24,419 nt of DNA. Origin: Planctomycetaceae bacterium. Lineage in GTDB: Bacteria > Planctomycetota > Planctomycetia > Pirellulales > Thermoguttaceae. Positions 7,604 through 16,581 of the stretch are shown in pieces (the first letter of the stretch is position 1; every line of letters starts with the position of its first letter). The position numbers and the translations under genes are program-made. The notes below the pieces were generated by a model. That model was given only the letters and a program-made list of their open reading frames with translations, was not told the DNA's origin and did not search any database. The stretch lies in the NCBI GenBank assembly GCA_031288765.1, contig JAITQV010000483.1, positions 1-24,419 of the forward strand. The letters run 5' to 3'.

Positions 7604-8566
7604 ATGTCTTTCAAATTATTTGACTCCTCCCAATTACATCTGAAACCGCTCCACGAACGTCAGCACGATATTTCACACGAAGTGATGATTTCCCCCGAAG
7701 CGGTTGCCGCGTTTGACCATCCGTCTTTGGATATTCTCGCCGAACAAATCCGGTACGCCCAAAACCGGAAAAGTACGGTTCTTTGGATGCTCGGAGCCCA
7801 TGTGATCCGAACCGGAAACGCCCCCAATATGATTCAACTTATGAAAGAAGGTTATGTAACCCATTTCGCCCTGAACGGAGCCGGCGCTATTCATGACTTC
7901 GAACTCGCCATGATCGGCGCAACCACCGAAAGTGTCGCTAAATATATCAGCGAAGGACAATTCGGACTTTGGAAAGAATCAGGAAAAATTAACGACGCCG
8001 TAAAAGAAGGCGCCGATAACGGACTCGGTTTCGGCGAAGCGGTCGGGCAAATGATTGATCGGGAAAATTTCCCCTACAAAGAAAACAGTTTGCTCTGGAA
8101 CGGATATAAAAATCACGTTCCGGTAACAGTTCATGTCGGCATCGGCTGCGATATTATCCACGAACACCCAAATGTCAACGGAGCCGCAATCGGAACAACT
8201 TCCTATACGGATTTTTTGATTTATGTTCAGTCAATTGCCAATTTGGAAGGCGGCGTCTTCTGCAATATCGGCAACGCCGTTATGGGACCGGAAATTTTCC
8301 TGAAAGCACTGTCTATGGCACGAAATGTTGCGCACCAAGACGGTAAAAAAATTACCGATTTTACCGCAGCCGTGTTTGATTTGCTCCCGCTGGAAGGACT
8401 AAACCTGTTGGAAATCCCGCCGAAACAGGATCCGCGGTCTTATTTTCGCCCTTGGAAAAGGATTTTGGCTCAAACGGTTCTTGACGGCGGTCAGGCGTTT
8501 TATGTTGCCGGTGAACATAAAAATACAATTCCCGCATTGACTCGGAAAGTCCGAACCGGAAAATAA
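7604..8566 (+). CDS. Conserved hypothetical protein with deoxyhypusine-synthase-like (NAD-binding) fold
   Basis: LGAHVIRTG...LMKEGYVTHFALNGAGAIHDFE parallels the DHS-family segment GA..PAG....LI..G.VD.LV.TGANLYHD; VPVTVHVGIGCDIIH parallels the DHS VP.F.P strand. Fold assignment is from memory of the family pattern. Confidence 0.7.
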   Translation: MSFKLFDSSQLHLKPLHERQHDISHEVMISPEAVAAFDHPSLDILAEQIRYAQNRKSTVLWMLGAHVIRTGNAPNMIQLMKEGYVTHFALNGAGAIHDFELAMIGATTESVAKYISEGQFGLWKESGKINDAVKEGADNGLGFGEAVGQMIDRENFPYKENSLLWNGYKNHVPVTVHVGIGCDIIHEHPNVNGAAIGTTSYTDFLIYVQSIANLEGGVFCNIGNAVMGPEIFLKALSMARNVAHQDGKKITDFTAAVFDLLPLEGLNLLEIPPKQDPRSYFRPWKRILAQTVLDGGQAFYVAGEHKNTIPALTRKVRTGK

Positions 8567-8647
8567 GAGTTGACGGATTGAGACGGATAATTCCTGTTGG
8601 TAATTCCTGTTGGTGATGTTATCTATATAACAAATAATGAGTAAATT

Positions 8648-10024
8648 ATGTCGGAGTTAATTATTAGTGTTTCCGGTTTGCGCGGTGTTGTCGGCGAAAC
8701 GCTGACGTTGGATGTTGCCATGCGTTATGCTGCGGCGTTTTCTGCGTCCATGCCGCCGGGAACTTTCGTCATAACCCGTGACAGCCGCCCAACCGGAACA
8801 ATGTTAACCGATGTTATTCACGCCATCCTGAATGCTTCCGGGCGTTCCACAATTGACGCCGAAATCGCCGCAACCCCCACAACCGGTATTTTGATTCGCC
8901 AATTCGGTGCTGTTGGCGGTATTCAAGTTTCCGCATCGCATAATCCCATTGAGTTTAACGGCATCAAACTGTTTTCCGGCGAAGGCAGGGTTATTCCCCA
9001 AACGTGCGGAAAAGATGTTTTGGAACATTACCGGAATGTGAAAACACAATGGGTTCCCCACGATCAAATCGGTTCCAGAACGCTTTGTAAAAACACCATT
9101 TCCGAACACCGTAAAGCAATTATGCAAACGGTTGATATTGAAGCGGTTGCCGGCAGGAAGTTTAAGGTTTTGCTTGATGCCAACCGCGGAGCCGGAGCAA
9201 TTCTTGGGGACTGGCTGCTCGAAGGGTTGGGCTGCGAATTGACCATTCTCGGCGAACAGCCCGACGGTCAATTTCAGCATACTCCCGAACCGACCGCCGA
9301 AAATCTTATTGATGTTTGCCGGCGTGTGAAAGAATCGGATGTGGACATTGCTTTTTGCCAAGACCCGGACGCCGACCGTGTTGCGATCATCGATGCCGAC
9401 GGTCGGTATGTCGGCGAAGAATACACAATAACGCTTTGTTTGGAACATCTCTTGCGAATCTCGGAAAATTCCCAACATCCGCATTGCAGGAAAAAAGGCG
9501 CTGTTGTTATCAACTGTGCTACGAGCCGGATGAACGAAGATATTGCGGAGCGGTATGGGGTTCCGGTTTTTCGGAGTGCGGTTGGCGAGGCGAATGTGGT
9601 TGATTTGATGCTTGAAAAAGGGGCAATGTTCGGCGGTGAGGGCAACGGCGGTCCGATTGATCCGCAAGTGGGTTTTGTTCGGGACAGTTTTGTCGGAATG
9701 GCGTTGATTCTTGACGCAATGGCGGCAACCGGAAAAACGGTTGCGCAGCTTGTTGACGAATTGCCGCATTATGCGTTAGTCAAGCGAAAAACCGGCGTCG
9801 AACTTTCCGAAGTTCCGGCAATTCTCGACAAAACTGCGGCAATGTTCCGGCATTTACCGTGCAATCGTTTGGACGGATTACGGATTGATCATGGAGATGC
9901 GTGGGTTCTTTTGCGCGGCAGCAATACCGAGCCGATTATTCGGATTTTTGCCGAAGCCCCAACCAATGATTATGCCAATCGTCTTTGTGATGAAATTGAA
10001 CGGATTGTTGCGTCGTCTTGCTGA
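8648..10024 (+). CDS. glmM: Alpha-D-phosphohexomutase (phosphoglucosamine mutase / PMM-PGM)
   Basis: Catalytic SASHNP, metal loop QDPDADR, sugar-binding GGEGNGG, C-terminal RGSNTEPIIR. Substrate specificity (GlmM versus PMM) is not resolvable from motifs. Confidence 0.88.
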   Translation: MSELIISVSGLRGVVGETLTLDVAMRYAAAFSASMPPGTFVITRDSRPTGTMLTDVIHAILNASGRSTIDAEIAATPTTGILIRQFGAVGGIQVSASHNPIEFNGIKLFSGEGRVIPQTCGKDVLEHYRNVKTQWVPHDQIGSRTLCKNTISEHRKAIMQTVDIEAVAGRKFKVLLDANRGAGAILGDWLLEGLGCELTILGEQPDGQFQHTPEPTAENLIDVCRRVKESDVDIAFCQDPDADRVAIIDADGRYVGEEYTITLCLEHLLRISENSQHPHCRKKGAVVINCATSRMNEDIAERYGVPVFRSAVGEANVVDLMLEKGAMFGGEGNGGPIDPQVGFVRDSFVGMALILDAMAATGKTVAQLVDELPHYALVKRKTGVELSEVPAILDKTAAMFRHLPCNRLDGLRIDHGDAWVLLRGSNTEPIIRIFAEAPTNDYANRLCDEIERIVASSC

Positions 10025-10061
10025 AAATCTTTTGCGGTTTGCTGAAAATCATTTACGGTTG

Positions 10062-10736
10062 TTAGCGGGTGAAAACGGCAATTTCTGCCGGAGGATACGA
10101 CTTGACTTTATTGGGTAACGGCTTAATAGGAAGCATGTCAAAGTTAAACCGGTTGTCCGATTCAATAACAAACAACGACCCCAACGGCGCCGAATCAATA
10201 AGATGTTGAAGCATTTCGAGCATTTCGGTTTGGCGGCTGACGTAAAAATCGTAAGGCGGCGAACAAAATACAAGCCAAGGTATCTTTTGGGTTTTATCTG
10301 GACACGTAATATTTGAATACGGATGTTCTTCTTGGTTTTTTGCCCAGAAAAAGGCGTCGGTTTTTCGCACATCGCAAACATTCAGCAAGTCCAACGATTC
10401 AAGGTTCTGCCGCAGCAGTGCTGCTGTTGGAAAGTGGAGTTCGATAACAGTTGCGGAAACCGCTCCTCGGCTGATTGCTTCAATTGCCAACGCTCCGGTT
10501 CCGCCGAACAAATCAACCACATGACGTCCCCGAACTTCCGGACCAATCAAATTAAACACCGCTTCTCGAACCCGATCTTTCATGGGTCTTACTCTGTTGT
10601 CGCCGATATACAGCAACTTGCTGCCGCGAAACCGTCCGCCGATAATTCGCAAACCGAGTGGTTCTTTTGGGGCGGGTTTGCTGCCGGTAGAGCGGTTTTT
10701 GGTTTTTTCTGCTGATTGCAATGCCGATTGCGGCAC
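10062..10736 (-). CDS. rsmD: 16S rRNA m2G966 methyltransferase
   Basis: LRIIGGRFRG, RPMKDRVREAVFN, DLFGGTGALAIEAISRGA, SPPY (variant of DPPY). The true start may be further downstream. Confidence 0.9.
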   Translation of the reverse strand: MPQSALQSAEKTKNRSTGSKPAPKEPLGLRIIGGRFRGSKLLYIGDNRVRPMKDRVREAVFNLIGPEVRGRHVVDLFGGTGALAIEAISRGAVSATVIELHFPTAALLRQNLESLDLLNVCDVRKTDAFFWAKNQEEHPYSNITCPDKTQKIPWLVFCSPPYDFYVSRQTEMLEMLQHLIDSAPLGSLFVIESDNRFNFDMLPIKPLPNKVKSYPPAEIAVFTR

Positions 10737-10853
10737 AGGCGGAACAAAAACACCTTGATTATTATTGTCAATTTCAAAAAGTGTTTCTTTCCGGTTACGG
10801 AAGTTTTTTTTATTTTATTTTTTCATACGAACCTCAAGACATTAAAACGTAAC

Positions 10854-11073
10854 TGTCTATTTTTATTAACCACAGAATACACAGAACACACGGAAATTAG
10901 TAAATTGCTAAGATCACAATCTTATTTTTTGAGGATACAAAATGAAGACAATAACAAAAAAACATTTTGTGTCCTAATTTTTTATAAATAAATGAATCTT
11001 GAAGTTGTACGTAAACATTATTACTAATACCAATTCCGTGTATTTCGTGTATTCAACGGTTAATAAATAGACA
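10854..11073. repeat. Inverted-repeat pair with 9-bp internal periodicity around a 138-bp AT-rich spacer
   Basis: Arms 10854-10895 and 11034-11073; the 28-nt cores match at 22/28; left arm reads ACCACAGAA TACACAGAA CACACGGAA. Confidence 0.8.
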
Positions 11074-11078
11074 ATTAC

Positions 11079-11414
11079 TTATGCTTTTTTCCACTCAACA
11101 GTTACTGAAGTCGAAATTCCGCCGCGAGGTGTAAAAGACGCCGTTAATTTGATCCAACGAGGTTGAAGCAAATCCACTAAATCATCCAATATCCGATTCG
11201 TAATATTTTCATAAAAAATTCCCTCATTGCGGAATTGTTGAAGATACAACTTCAAACTCTTAAGCTCCACACAAAGATTATCAGGAATATATTGAAATGT
11301 TAACGTTCCAAAATCCGGTTGCCCCGTCTTCGGACACACCGAAGTAAATTCCGGACAAATAATCTCAATCAAATAATCCCGATTAGGATATGAATTGGTA
11401 AAAGTTTCAAGCAT
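11079..11414 (-). CDS. queF: NADPH-dependent 7-cyano-7-deazaguanine (preQ0) reductase, type I (short)
   Basis: [15 protein letters not shown] (catalytic Cys and Asp), QueF motif [16 protein letters not shown]. Confidence 0.95.
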   Translation of the reverse strand: MLETFTNSYPNRDYLIEIICPEFTSVCPKTGQPDFGTLTFQYIPDNLCVELKSLKLYLQQFRNEGIFYENITNRILDDLVDLLQPRWIKLTASFTPRGGISTSVTVEWKKA

Positions 11415-11461
11415 TGTTTTTTTGTTTCTAATGTTAGTATTAAAGAGGTGATACTTATTGA

Positions 11462-11490
11462 ATTTCAGTAATATTTCAGTAATATTTCAG
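11462..11490 (+). repeat. 11-bp tandem repeat x2.6
   Basis: ATTTCAGTAAT ATTTCAGTAAT ATTTCAG. Confidence 0.85.
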
Positions 11491-11512
11491 CGGAATTTTC
11501 GTTAAAAGCCGG

Positions 11513-11561
11513 TCAAGATAAAGTCTCAACATAAAGTCTCAAGATAAAGTCTCAACATAAA
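11513..11561 (+). repeat. 13-bp tandem repeat x3.8 with alternating variants
   Basis: TCAAGATAAAGTC TCAACATAAAGTC TCAAGATAAAGTC TCAACATAAA, flanked by inverted GCCGG (11508) / CCGGC (11563). Confidence 0.88.
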
Positions 11562-11569
11562 ACCGGCAA

Positions 11570-12061
11570 TCACAAAGCCGACAACCGTTCGGCAAGAAGT
11601 TTGAGAGCCTCGCCGTCCAGACGAAATGTAGTCCAGTCTTCAACAGGATGACCGCCAAGTTTTTTGTAAAACGCAATACTATCGGTATTCCAGTCGAGCA
11701 CCATCCAATCCAAACGAAAACAACCGCGCAATCGGGCAATTCGCGCCAATTCACAAAAAAACATTGTTCCAATCCCCAACCCCCGAAACTGCGGACGTAC
11801 AAAAAGGTCTTCAATGTAAATTCCCGGCTGCCCGCGAAATGTCGAATAAGTAAAATAATATAACGCAAAACCAACCGTTGCCCCCTCATACTCCGCCAAC
11901 AAAACCTCAATCCGTTGCGAAGAAATCCATTCGTACAAAACCTCTTCCGTTATAAACACCGATTCCAAAAGATGTTCATACTCCGCAAGTTCCCGAATAA
12001 ACCGCAATACCAATGCCGTATCCTCCGAAACAGCAATCCGTATGATCGTTTTTTGGCACAT
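11570..12061 (-). CDS. GNAT acetyltransferase, diamine/spermidine N-acetyltransferase (SSAT)-like
   Basis: FIRELAEYE, YSTF.G..GIYIEDLFVRPQFRGLGIG (acetyl-CoA loop), VLDWNT.SIAFYKKLG. Confidence 0.92.
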   Translation of the reverse strand: MCQKTIIRIAVSEDTALVLRFIRELAEYEHLLESVFITEEVLYEWISSQRIEVLLAEYEGATVGFALYYFTYSTFRGQPGIYIEDLFVRPQFRGLGIGTMFFCELARIARLRGCFRLDWMVLDWNTDSIAFYKKLGGHPVEDWTTFRLDGEALKLLAERLSAL

Positions 12062-12083
12062 AAATTGTTCCTGAAATTGTTTA

Positions 12084-12533
12084 TCAATCGGAAGAAGAAA
12101 CGATCTCTTTCATGGCAATGTAAGGTCCCAAAGAACGGGTTTTCTCGACGATTTCCGTAATGAATTTCTGAAACTTTGCGCCTTCAGCGGCGGAAATCCA
12201 TGAGAAATGAACACGGTTTGTATCAATGCCAAGCGTGTTCAGTAACTCCCGAAACAGAATCCAACGCCTTCGCGCATGAAAATTACCGCTCGTGTAATGG
12301 CAGTCGCCCGGATGACAACCACTCACTAACACCGAATCGGCTCCGTTTTCAAAAGCTTTGATAATCAAATTAAAATCAATTCGCCCCGTACAAGGAAGAC
12401 GTATAATCCGTAAATTGGAAGGGTATTCAAGACGGCTTGTCCCGGCAAGATCAGCGCCTAAATACGTACACCAATTACAAACAAACGCAATTACTTTCGG
12501 TTCAAATTGTGTTGCAGTTGATTCGGCGGACAT
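12084..12533 (-). CDS. mvhD: MvhD/FlpD-type [2Fe-2S] hydrogenase/heterodisulfide-reductase iron-sulfur subunit
   Basis: FVCNWCTYLGADLAGTSR, RLPCTGR, GCHPGDCHY, RVHFSWISAAEG. Confidence 0.92.
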   Translation of the reverse strand: MSAESTATQFEPKVIAFVCNWCTYLGADLAGTSRLEYPSNLRIIRLPCTGRIDFNLIIKAFENGADSVLVSGCHPGDCHYTSGNFHARRRWILFRELLNTLGIDTNRVHFSWISAAEGAKFQKFITEIVEKTRSLGPYIAMKEIVSSSD

Positions 12534-12856
12534 GTTTTTTGTCAGGGTTGAGTTTCACAAAAATACTTCGTAACATTTTACGCAAAATACCATTTTATTT
12601 CCTGCTGTACTTGCGTTGGGAATGATCTCTCTTGTTCCCGATTAAAGTAAGGAAACAATATAACAGGAAAAACCGGCTTTTCAAGATATCGCCGTCTTTC
12701 CAACATATTTTTTATCCGAACCGCAACGGCAATCCAAAACAAGCGATGTCCCGCCAAACCGTCAACACCAACAACTTTCGTCCGGCATTACATTACATTG
12801 TATTACATTACCGGTCGGCAATTTGACTTTGTTACGGATAAAAGTTGCTGCCGAAA

Positions 12857-14464
12857 TTACATTCCCGCTGAATTTGTTGACGCAGCCTGATAATCGGTCA
12901 TCCATCTTTTAACCGCAGCAACAGCGGCATCACGAACAATCATTGATTTATCGTTCATCAAATGTTTCAGCGTTTCGATGGATTCCTTCGTTAAAATCGC
13001 CGATAACGCCGAAATCGCAGCACAACGAACATTGGCTTCATCATCTGTTTCCGCCAGTTCAATTAAACGTTTTATAAATTGAGAACTCAAACCTGTTGCA
13101 AAAGCGGCAAGACACGCCGAAAGACGCCGAACCGGAATCGGTGAAAAAAGATCGTCCCGAATCACCGTCAACGTATTCGGATCAACAAGGTAAACATAAT
13201 GCCCCATTGTTTTGGCGGATTCCGCAGTCATCTGGTTGATCCGCGAAGTAAAAGTTTCAATATGAAATTCCGGCGTTGTTTCGTAAATTGCCTTTCGGAT
13301 TTCCGTTTCCCGCCGATTGATTAACTGCTCGAATTGCGTACTCAATTCTTTCACTTGACGGGATTTGAGAATACGGAACACCATTGACGCCGTTTCGGCA
13401 TCGGAATTATTGACGAACTTAAGCAGCATCGCATTGACATCATCGCCGACCAAATTACGTACCGCAACCGCCGCAGCACGGCGCGATTCCACCGACGGAC
13501 GCTCAAAAAAGAAACGATAAAGAGCCACCATCTGGTATTTGGGAAAACTGCTCGCCTGTAACAACTGAACCGCACACGGTTCCAATCCCTCAATCAATTT
13601 CGGCAAATTGGGATTCTTGGGAGTAAACCAGGCAAAAGACCGAAACCTCCTCAACGCCTCCTGAAATTCGGGCGCCGGATTCATACCGACAAATTCCAAC
13701 ATTTTACGCACAAAGAACGGATCAGACCGCGTTGCCAAAATCTCGTCAATCACCGCAGGACTGTCCGGATCACAAAAATAGCTGAGCAACAGCCTGATAT
13801 AACTTCCGTGCTGACCGTTGAGAAGCAAGTCTGATATCCGCTTTCCCGCCGGAGAACGGTGATCGTTGGCAAGAGTTAACATCGTTGCAAAATCCTTTTT
13901 CGTAATAATCAAAAGACTCTGCAGCAATTCGTCAATCCCGTGAACCGCATAACGCTTAACCGGTCCGTCCAATTGCTCGATAAACCATTCGCGGCGTTTA
14001 TCGAAATTCCGGCGTTCGGACTCGGAAGTGTTGAGCAGGTCGGCATAAAACAATTCCGCAAGTTGGAGAACCATTGTTCTCGATTCTTGGGCGCGTTTTT
14101 CGTTGGTTCCTTCCAGATTGGCGAGAACGGACGGAAGCGTTTCGTAAAGTTTATGCTCCAGAATAACAGCCGCCGCCGCTTCATGGAGAACATCGTTCTC
14201 ATTCCTGAACGCCGTGTCCGTCAAACGGAAAAGACGATCCCGCTGCAAGGATTTTGTCTTCAACCAATAGTCTTTGTCCTGAATAAAACACTTGAACAAA
14301 TTCAAATAAATCTCAGCGTCTTTCCTAAGATAAAGACTGTCAAAAGCCAGTGTGCGAATACGATCAACCGAATGACCAAGAAGTTTCAAAAGAATTTCAT
14401 TGGATGCCGGATTCGGGGATTTACCGAGAAATCGAATCGTTTTTTCCTGAAATTGCGTTGTCAT
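12857..14464 (-). CDS. Conserved alpha-helical protein with C-terminal HEAT-like repeats
   Basis: 535-aa open frame, helical composition, C-terminal ETDDEANVRCAAISALS and DKSMIVRDAAVAAV HEAT-type motifs. Confidence 0.75.
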   Translation of the reverse strand: MTTQFQEKTIRFLGKSPNPASNEILLKLLGHSVDRIRTLAFDSLYLRKDAEIYLNLFKCFIQDKDYWLKTKSLQRDRLFRLTDTAFRNENDVLHEAAAAVILEHKLYETLPSVLANLEGTNEKRAQESRTMVLQLAELFYADLLNTSESERRNFDKRREWFIEQLDGPVKRYAVHGIDELLQSLLIITKKDFATMLTLANDHRSPAGKRISDLLLNGQHGSYIRLLLSYFCDPDSPAVIDEILATRSDPFFVRKMLEFVGMNPAPEFQEALRRFRSFAWFTPKNPNLPKLIEGLEPCAVQLLQASSFPKYQMVALYRFFFERPSVESRRAAAVAVRNLVGDDVNAMLLKFVNNSDAETASMVFRILKSRQVKELSTQFEQLINRRETEIRKAIYETTPEFHIETFTSRINQMTAESAKTMGHYVYLVDPNTLTVIRDDLFSPIPVRRLSACLAAFATGLSSQFIKRLIELAETDDEANVRCAAISALSAILTKESIETLKHLMNDKSMIVRDAAVAAVKRWMTDYQAASTNSAGM

Positions 14465-14729
14465 GGAAATCTAATAAAACCGAAGTAAATAAAATCCGTC
14501 TGCTCTGTTTTTCGAACAATTCCAAGCGGAAACTGCAACTATTGAACCGTTTGGCTGTCGGACCGGAAAATCAATACTCTTAATTTTCCTAATATATCAG
14601 GCGGAATGCCCTATCGTCAGAAACTCCGCAGAGTCAGGATTACCGTTGCGGCAAACCGATAATCTTGTCCCTACGGAGTTCGGATAAACCGTCAAGGATC
14701 AATCAACACAACAAAACCGATCCCCAACA

Positions 14730-15749
14730 TCAATGTTTGCAACAGCAACACCCGCCGCCGGACTTTTTGCCGCTGTTCAACATCTCGCGAACACCGTCCA
14801 GTTGTCCGGCACTGCCGAGAACATTATTTTTGTGGATAATGTATTCGGCGTAGGCTTGGATGAAGATTTTCCCCGGCGGACGAAGGTCGAAATTCGCCGG
14901 ATCATCACGGAATTGTTCACGGTGAATCGCACACCAAACCAAACGACCGTCGGTATCGATATTGATTTTGGTAACGCCGAGTTTGGCGGCGGGGAGATAT
15001 TGTTTTTCATCGACACCGCTGGCGTCTTTAAGTTTTCCGCCGGCATTGTTAATACGTTCCACCCATTCGTGCGGAACACTGCTGCTGCCGTGCATTACCA
15101 GCGGGAAATTTTTGGGGATTGCCTTTTGAATTTTTTCCAGCACATCGAAATGCAAACCTTGCTTTCCGGTAAACTTGAAGGCTCCGTGTGAAGTTCCGAT
15201 GGCGACCGCCAAGGAATCAACACCGGTTTTTTCGATAAATTCGGCAGCCTGAGCGGGGTCGGTCAATTTGACACTTCCGACCACATCTTCTTCGACTCCG
15301 CCGAGTTGCCCAAGTTCCGCTTCAACAACAATATTTTTAGCGTGGGCTTTATCGACGATTTTTTTCGTGATTTCGACATTTTTAGCAAATTCCTCATGGG
15401 AAGCGTCGATCATCACGGAGCTGTAAAATCCGCTGTTGATACAATCGCAGCAAGCTTCTTCGGTGCCGTGGTCGAGGTGAACCGCGAAAATTGCTTCCGG
15501 GAAGACCTCGTCGGCAGCGCGAATCAATGCTTCGAGCATACGTTTATCGCTGTACGAGCGGGCGCCGCGAGAGATTTGGATGATAAACGGGGCGCTGTTG
15601 GTTTGGTCGACGGGGTCGTCGTTTTTCGCTTTTTTACCGAGGTTCCCGCGGAACAGACCGACGGTTTGCTCGAGGTTGTTGATGTTATACGCTCCGATGG
15701 CGTATTTTCCGTAAGCGTGTTGAAACAAATCTTTTGTAGTAACAATCAT
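14730..15749 (-). CDS. fba: Class II fructose-1,6-bisphosphate aldolase
   Basis: VHLDHG, SSVMIDAS, VEAELG, LAVAIGTSHG, PLVMHGSSS, KINIDTD. Confidence 0.96.
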   Translation of the reverse strand: MIVTTKDLFQHAYGKYAIGAYNINNLEQTVGLFRGNLGKKAKNDDPVDQTNSAPFIIQISRGARSYSDKRMLEALIRAADEVFPEAIFAVHLDHGTEEACCDCINSGFYSSVMIDASHEEFAKNVEITKKIVDKAHAKNIVVEAELGQLGGVEEDVVGSVKLTDPAQAAEFIEKTGVDSLAVAIGTSHGAFKFTGKQGLHFDVLEKIQKAIPKNFPLVMHGSSSVPHEWVERINNAGGKLKDASGVDEKQYLPAAKLGVTKINIDTDGRLVWCAIHREQFRDDPANFDLRPPGKIFIQAYAEYIIHKNNVLGSAGQLDGVREMLNSGKKSGGGCCCCKH

Positions 15750-15754
15750 ATAAT

Positions 15755-15760
15755 TCTCCT
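15755..15760 (-). promoter_or_regulatory. Shine-Dalgarno site of fba
   Basis: AGGAGA on the minus strand, 5 nt before the ATG at 15749. Confidence 0.6.
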
Positions 15761-15839
15761 AAGAGGTTGTAAGGGGGACAAAAGTTTCCGCATTATTATA
15801 TTGCAAGGGCGTAACAGAGTAAAGCCCCTGCGATGCGGG

Positions 15840-16232
15840 TTATCCATAACCGAGTTGTTCGAGTTGATTTTCATTGAGACCGTGAAAGTGTCCTAATTCA
15901 TGGAGGATGGTGATGCGGATTTGCCGGCGGAGTTCTGATCGGTTGCAGGTTCCGTGTTCATTGGCGGCAAGGGCGTAAATTCCCCGCCGAAACAGGATAA
16001 TTGTATTGGGGGTTTGAGCCTGCCAATTGTATTTTTCGCCCAAGGGGATTCCGACAAAGCAGCCGCAGAGATCGGTGTTGGGTTTCATTTTTATATCCCG
16101 AACCAAATGGCGGGAAGGGCGGTCTTCGACGTGCAATGGAATTTCTTCGAGTAAATTTTTAACTTTTTTTGGGAGACGTTCGAGAACCCATTTGACTTGT
16201 TTATCGAAATAGGCGCGTTTGGAGGGAGTCAT
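15840..16232 (-). CDS. Zincin-like (Zincin_1) metallopeptidase family protein
   Basis: G.FVGIPL, PNTIILFRRGI, ELRRQIRITILHELGHFHGLNENQLEQLGYG. Confidence 0.9.
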   Translation of the reverse strand: MTPSKRAYFDKQVKWVLERLPKKVKNLLEEIPLHVEDRPSRHLVRDIKMKPNTDLCGCFVGIPLGEKYNWQAQTPNTIILFRRGIYALAANEHGTCNRSELRRQIRITILHELGHFHGLNENQLEQLGYG

Positions 16233-16434
16233 GCAATTGGCAAACGGAGGTAATTGTCTTTATTTAATAAGTACGGAGAACAGCGGCGGGAAGTCTGCGG
16301 AAGGTGCGGATTTTCACTGATGCGGATTTTCGCCGGTGATATATTTTTTATCGACCCTATTGCACCGTTTTTAAAAAGACAAAACAAATAAAAATTGGGT
16401 CTTTATTTGGTCGTTTATTTTCAGTATTAACACG

Positions 16435-16477
16435 GAATCTTAATTCTGCAAGAGGTGTGATGTGTATAATCGGCGGT
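16435..16477 (+). repeat. Decayed partial copy of the 4046 element arm
   Basis: GAATCTTAATTCTGCAAGAGGTGTGATGTGTATAATCGGCGGT versus GAATCTTAACCCCGCA(A/C)GGGGTGTGATGTGCATAACCGGCGGT; differences are five C>T and one G>A. Confidence 0.75.
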
Positions 16478-16581
16478 AATTTGTGGGGAGTTGGCAGTGG
16501 AATAATGTGGGGGTGAAAAATTTTTCGCCTCTGCCGACAGCGGGATTTACGGTTTTTGGGATTGTAAATCAAAAGATCGGC

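Noticed and set aside
8804-9769. 321-aa minus-strand ORF
   Set aside because: Antisense to the mutase gene, which has all catalytic motifs.
11415-11569. preQ1 riboswitch upstream of queF
   Set aside because: No P1 stem with the A-rich 3' tail could be matched; the interval is mostly 11-bp and 13-bp tandem repeats. An Infernal search would be decisive.
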